Positions 63,548 through 64,000 of a stretch of DNA of 64,000 nucleotides are shown here, in pieces (the stretch's first letter is position 1; every line of letters starts with the position of its first letter). The translations under genes were made by a program, and so were the position numbers. The notes under the pieces are model-generated. The model made no database searches, was not told the DNA's origin, and worked only from the letters and a program-made list of their open reading frames with translations. Origin of the DNA: a virus; the IMG/VR virus record IMGVR_UViG_3300042923_000569, positions 195,772 to 259,771 of that record. The stretch is one strand, 5' to 3'.

Positions 63548-63973
63548 TTATTTTAATGCGTACAAGTGGAAAAGGAATACGTGTTCAATACCTTCTTCAT
63601 CATAAAGGTATTCATGTTGAATATCGTGAGTACCGATATACTCACCCCACTTATGCCACCGCCAGCCGCCATCTTCGGGCTGATGTTTTTTAAAGATTGG
63701 TGCCATAACTAAAACGTACTTGTTATCGGTGGATTCAATGAACGGGTACTTTTGCAGTACTTGTTCGTAGTTATCACATACACCATAACCATCGAAAAGG
63801 TTGATGCCATCTTTCATCATCTGAAGTGTTTTATCCCGGTCAGCAGTGTATTCACCCGTAACTGGATTGAACATACCATAACCACGATCTAATAGTTCGT
63901 TCGTAGTATTATCCTGGATAGTGTATTCGAAGTTCAGCGAACTGACCAAATACACACCAGTACTTTCCTGCAA
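63548..63973 (-). CDS. hypothetical protein (141+ aa); frame stays open to the window end, possibly partial
   Basis: ORF track; annotated start is TTG and no in-frame stop lies upstream within the window. Confidence 0.45.
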   Translation of the reverse strand: MQESTGVYLVSSLNFEYTIQDNTTNELLDRGYGMFNPVTGEYTADRDKTLQMMKDGINLFDGYGVCDNYEQVLQKYPFIESTDNKYVLVMAPIFKKHQPEDGGWRWHKWGEYIGTHDIQHEYLYDEEGIEHVFLFHLYALK

Positions 63974-64000
63974 AATATGATCAATTGCAGTAGGTTCGGT

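Overview
The window looks like a hyperplastic early or accessory region of a T4-like (Tevenvirinae-type) myovirus; this rests on motif-level homology and was not confirmed by any search. Positions 1 to about 41.6 kb and 47.3 to 64 kb are densely packed, mostly small, minus-strand ORFs, many joined by 1-4 nt start/stop overlaps. A three-gene plus-strand block lies at 43.6-47.3 kb. Recognisable genes are polynucleotide kinase/3'-phosphatase (pseT), RNA ligase 1 (rnlA), a RelA/SpoT-type HD hydrolase, a Pol-beta-type nucleotidyltransferase-like protein, an NMN/NaMN adenylyltransferase-like protein, a phage Dam-type N6-adenine methyltransferase, an SPFH/band-7 protein, a DUF932-like protein, an AAA ATPase, two HNH endonucleases and a Ser-rich lipoprotein. 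No rRNA, tRNA or CRISPR array was seen. The most interesting content is non-coding. Between 24 and 42 kb almost every intergenic gap holds a modular cassette: a terminator, an AGTACT-containing early promoter and a quasi-palindromic stem-loop element. Several cassettes also carry an opposing consensus sigma70-like promoter that would make a short, terminated plus-strand RNA. Other features of note are two mutually homologous ORF-free elements of about 450 bp, a 2-kb non-coding hub with iterons and tandem repeats at the strand switch, three large tandem paralog families, and a tRNA/RNA-repair gene cluster. All coordinates of regulatory elements are within about 2 nt.
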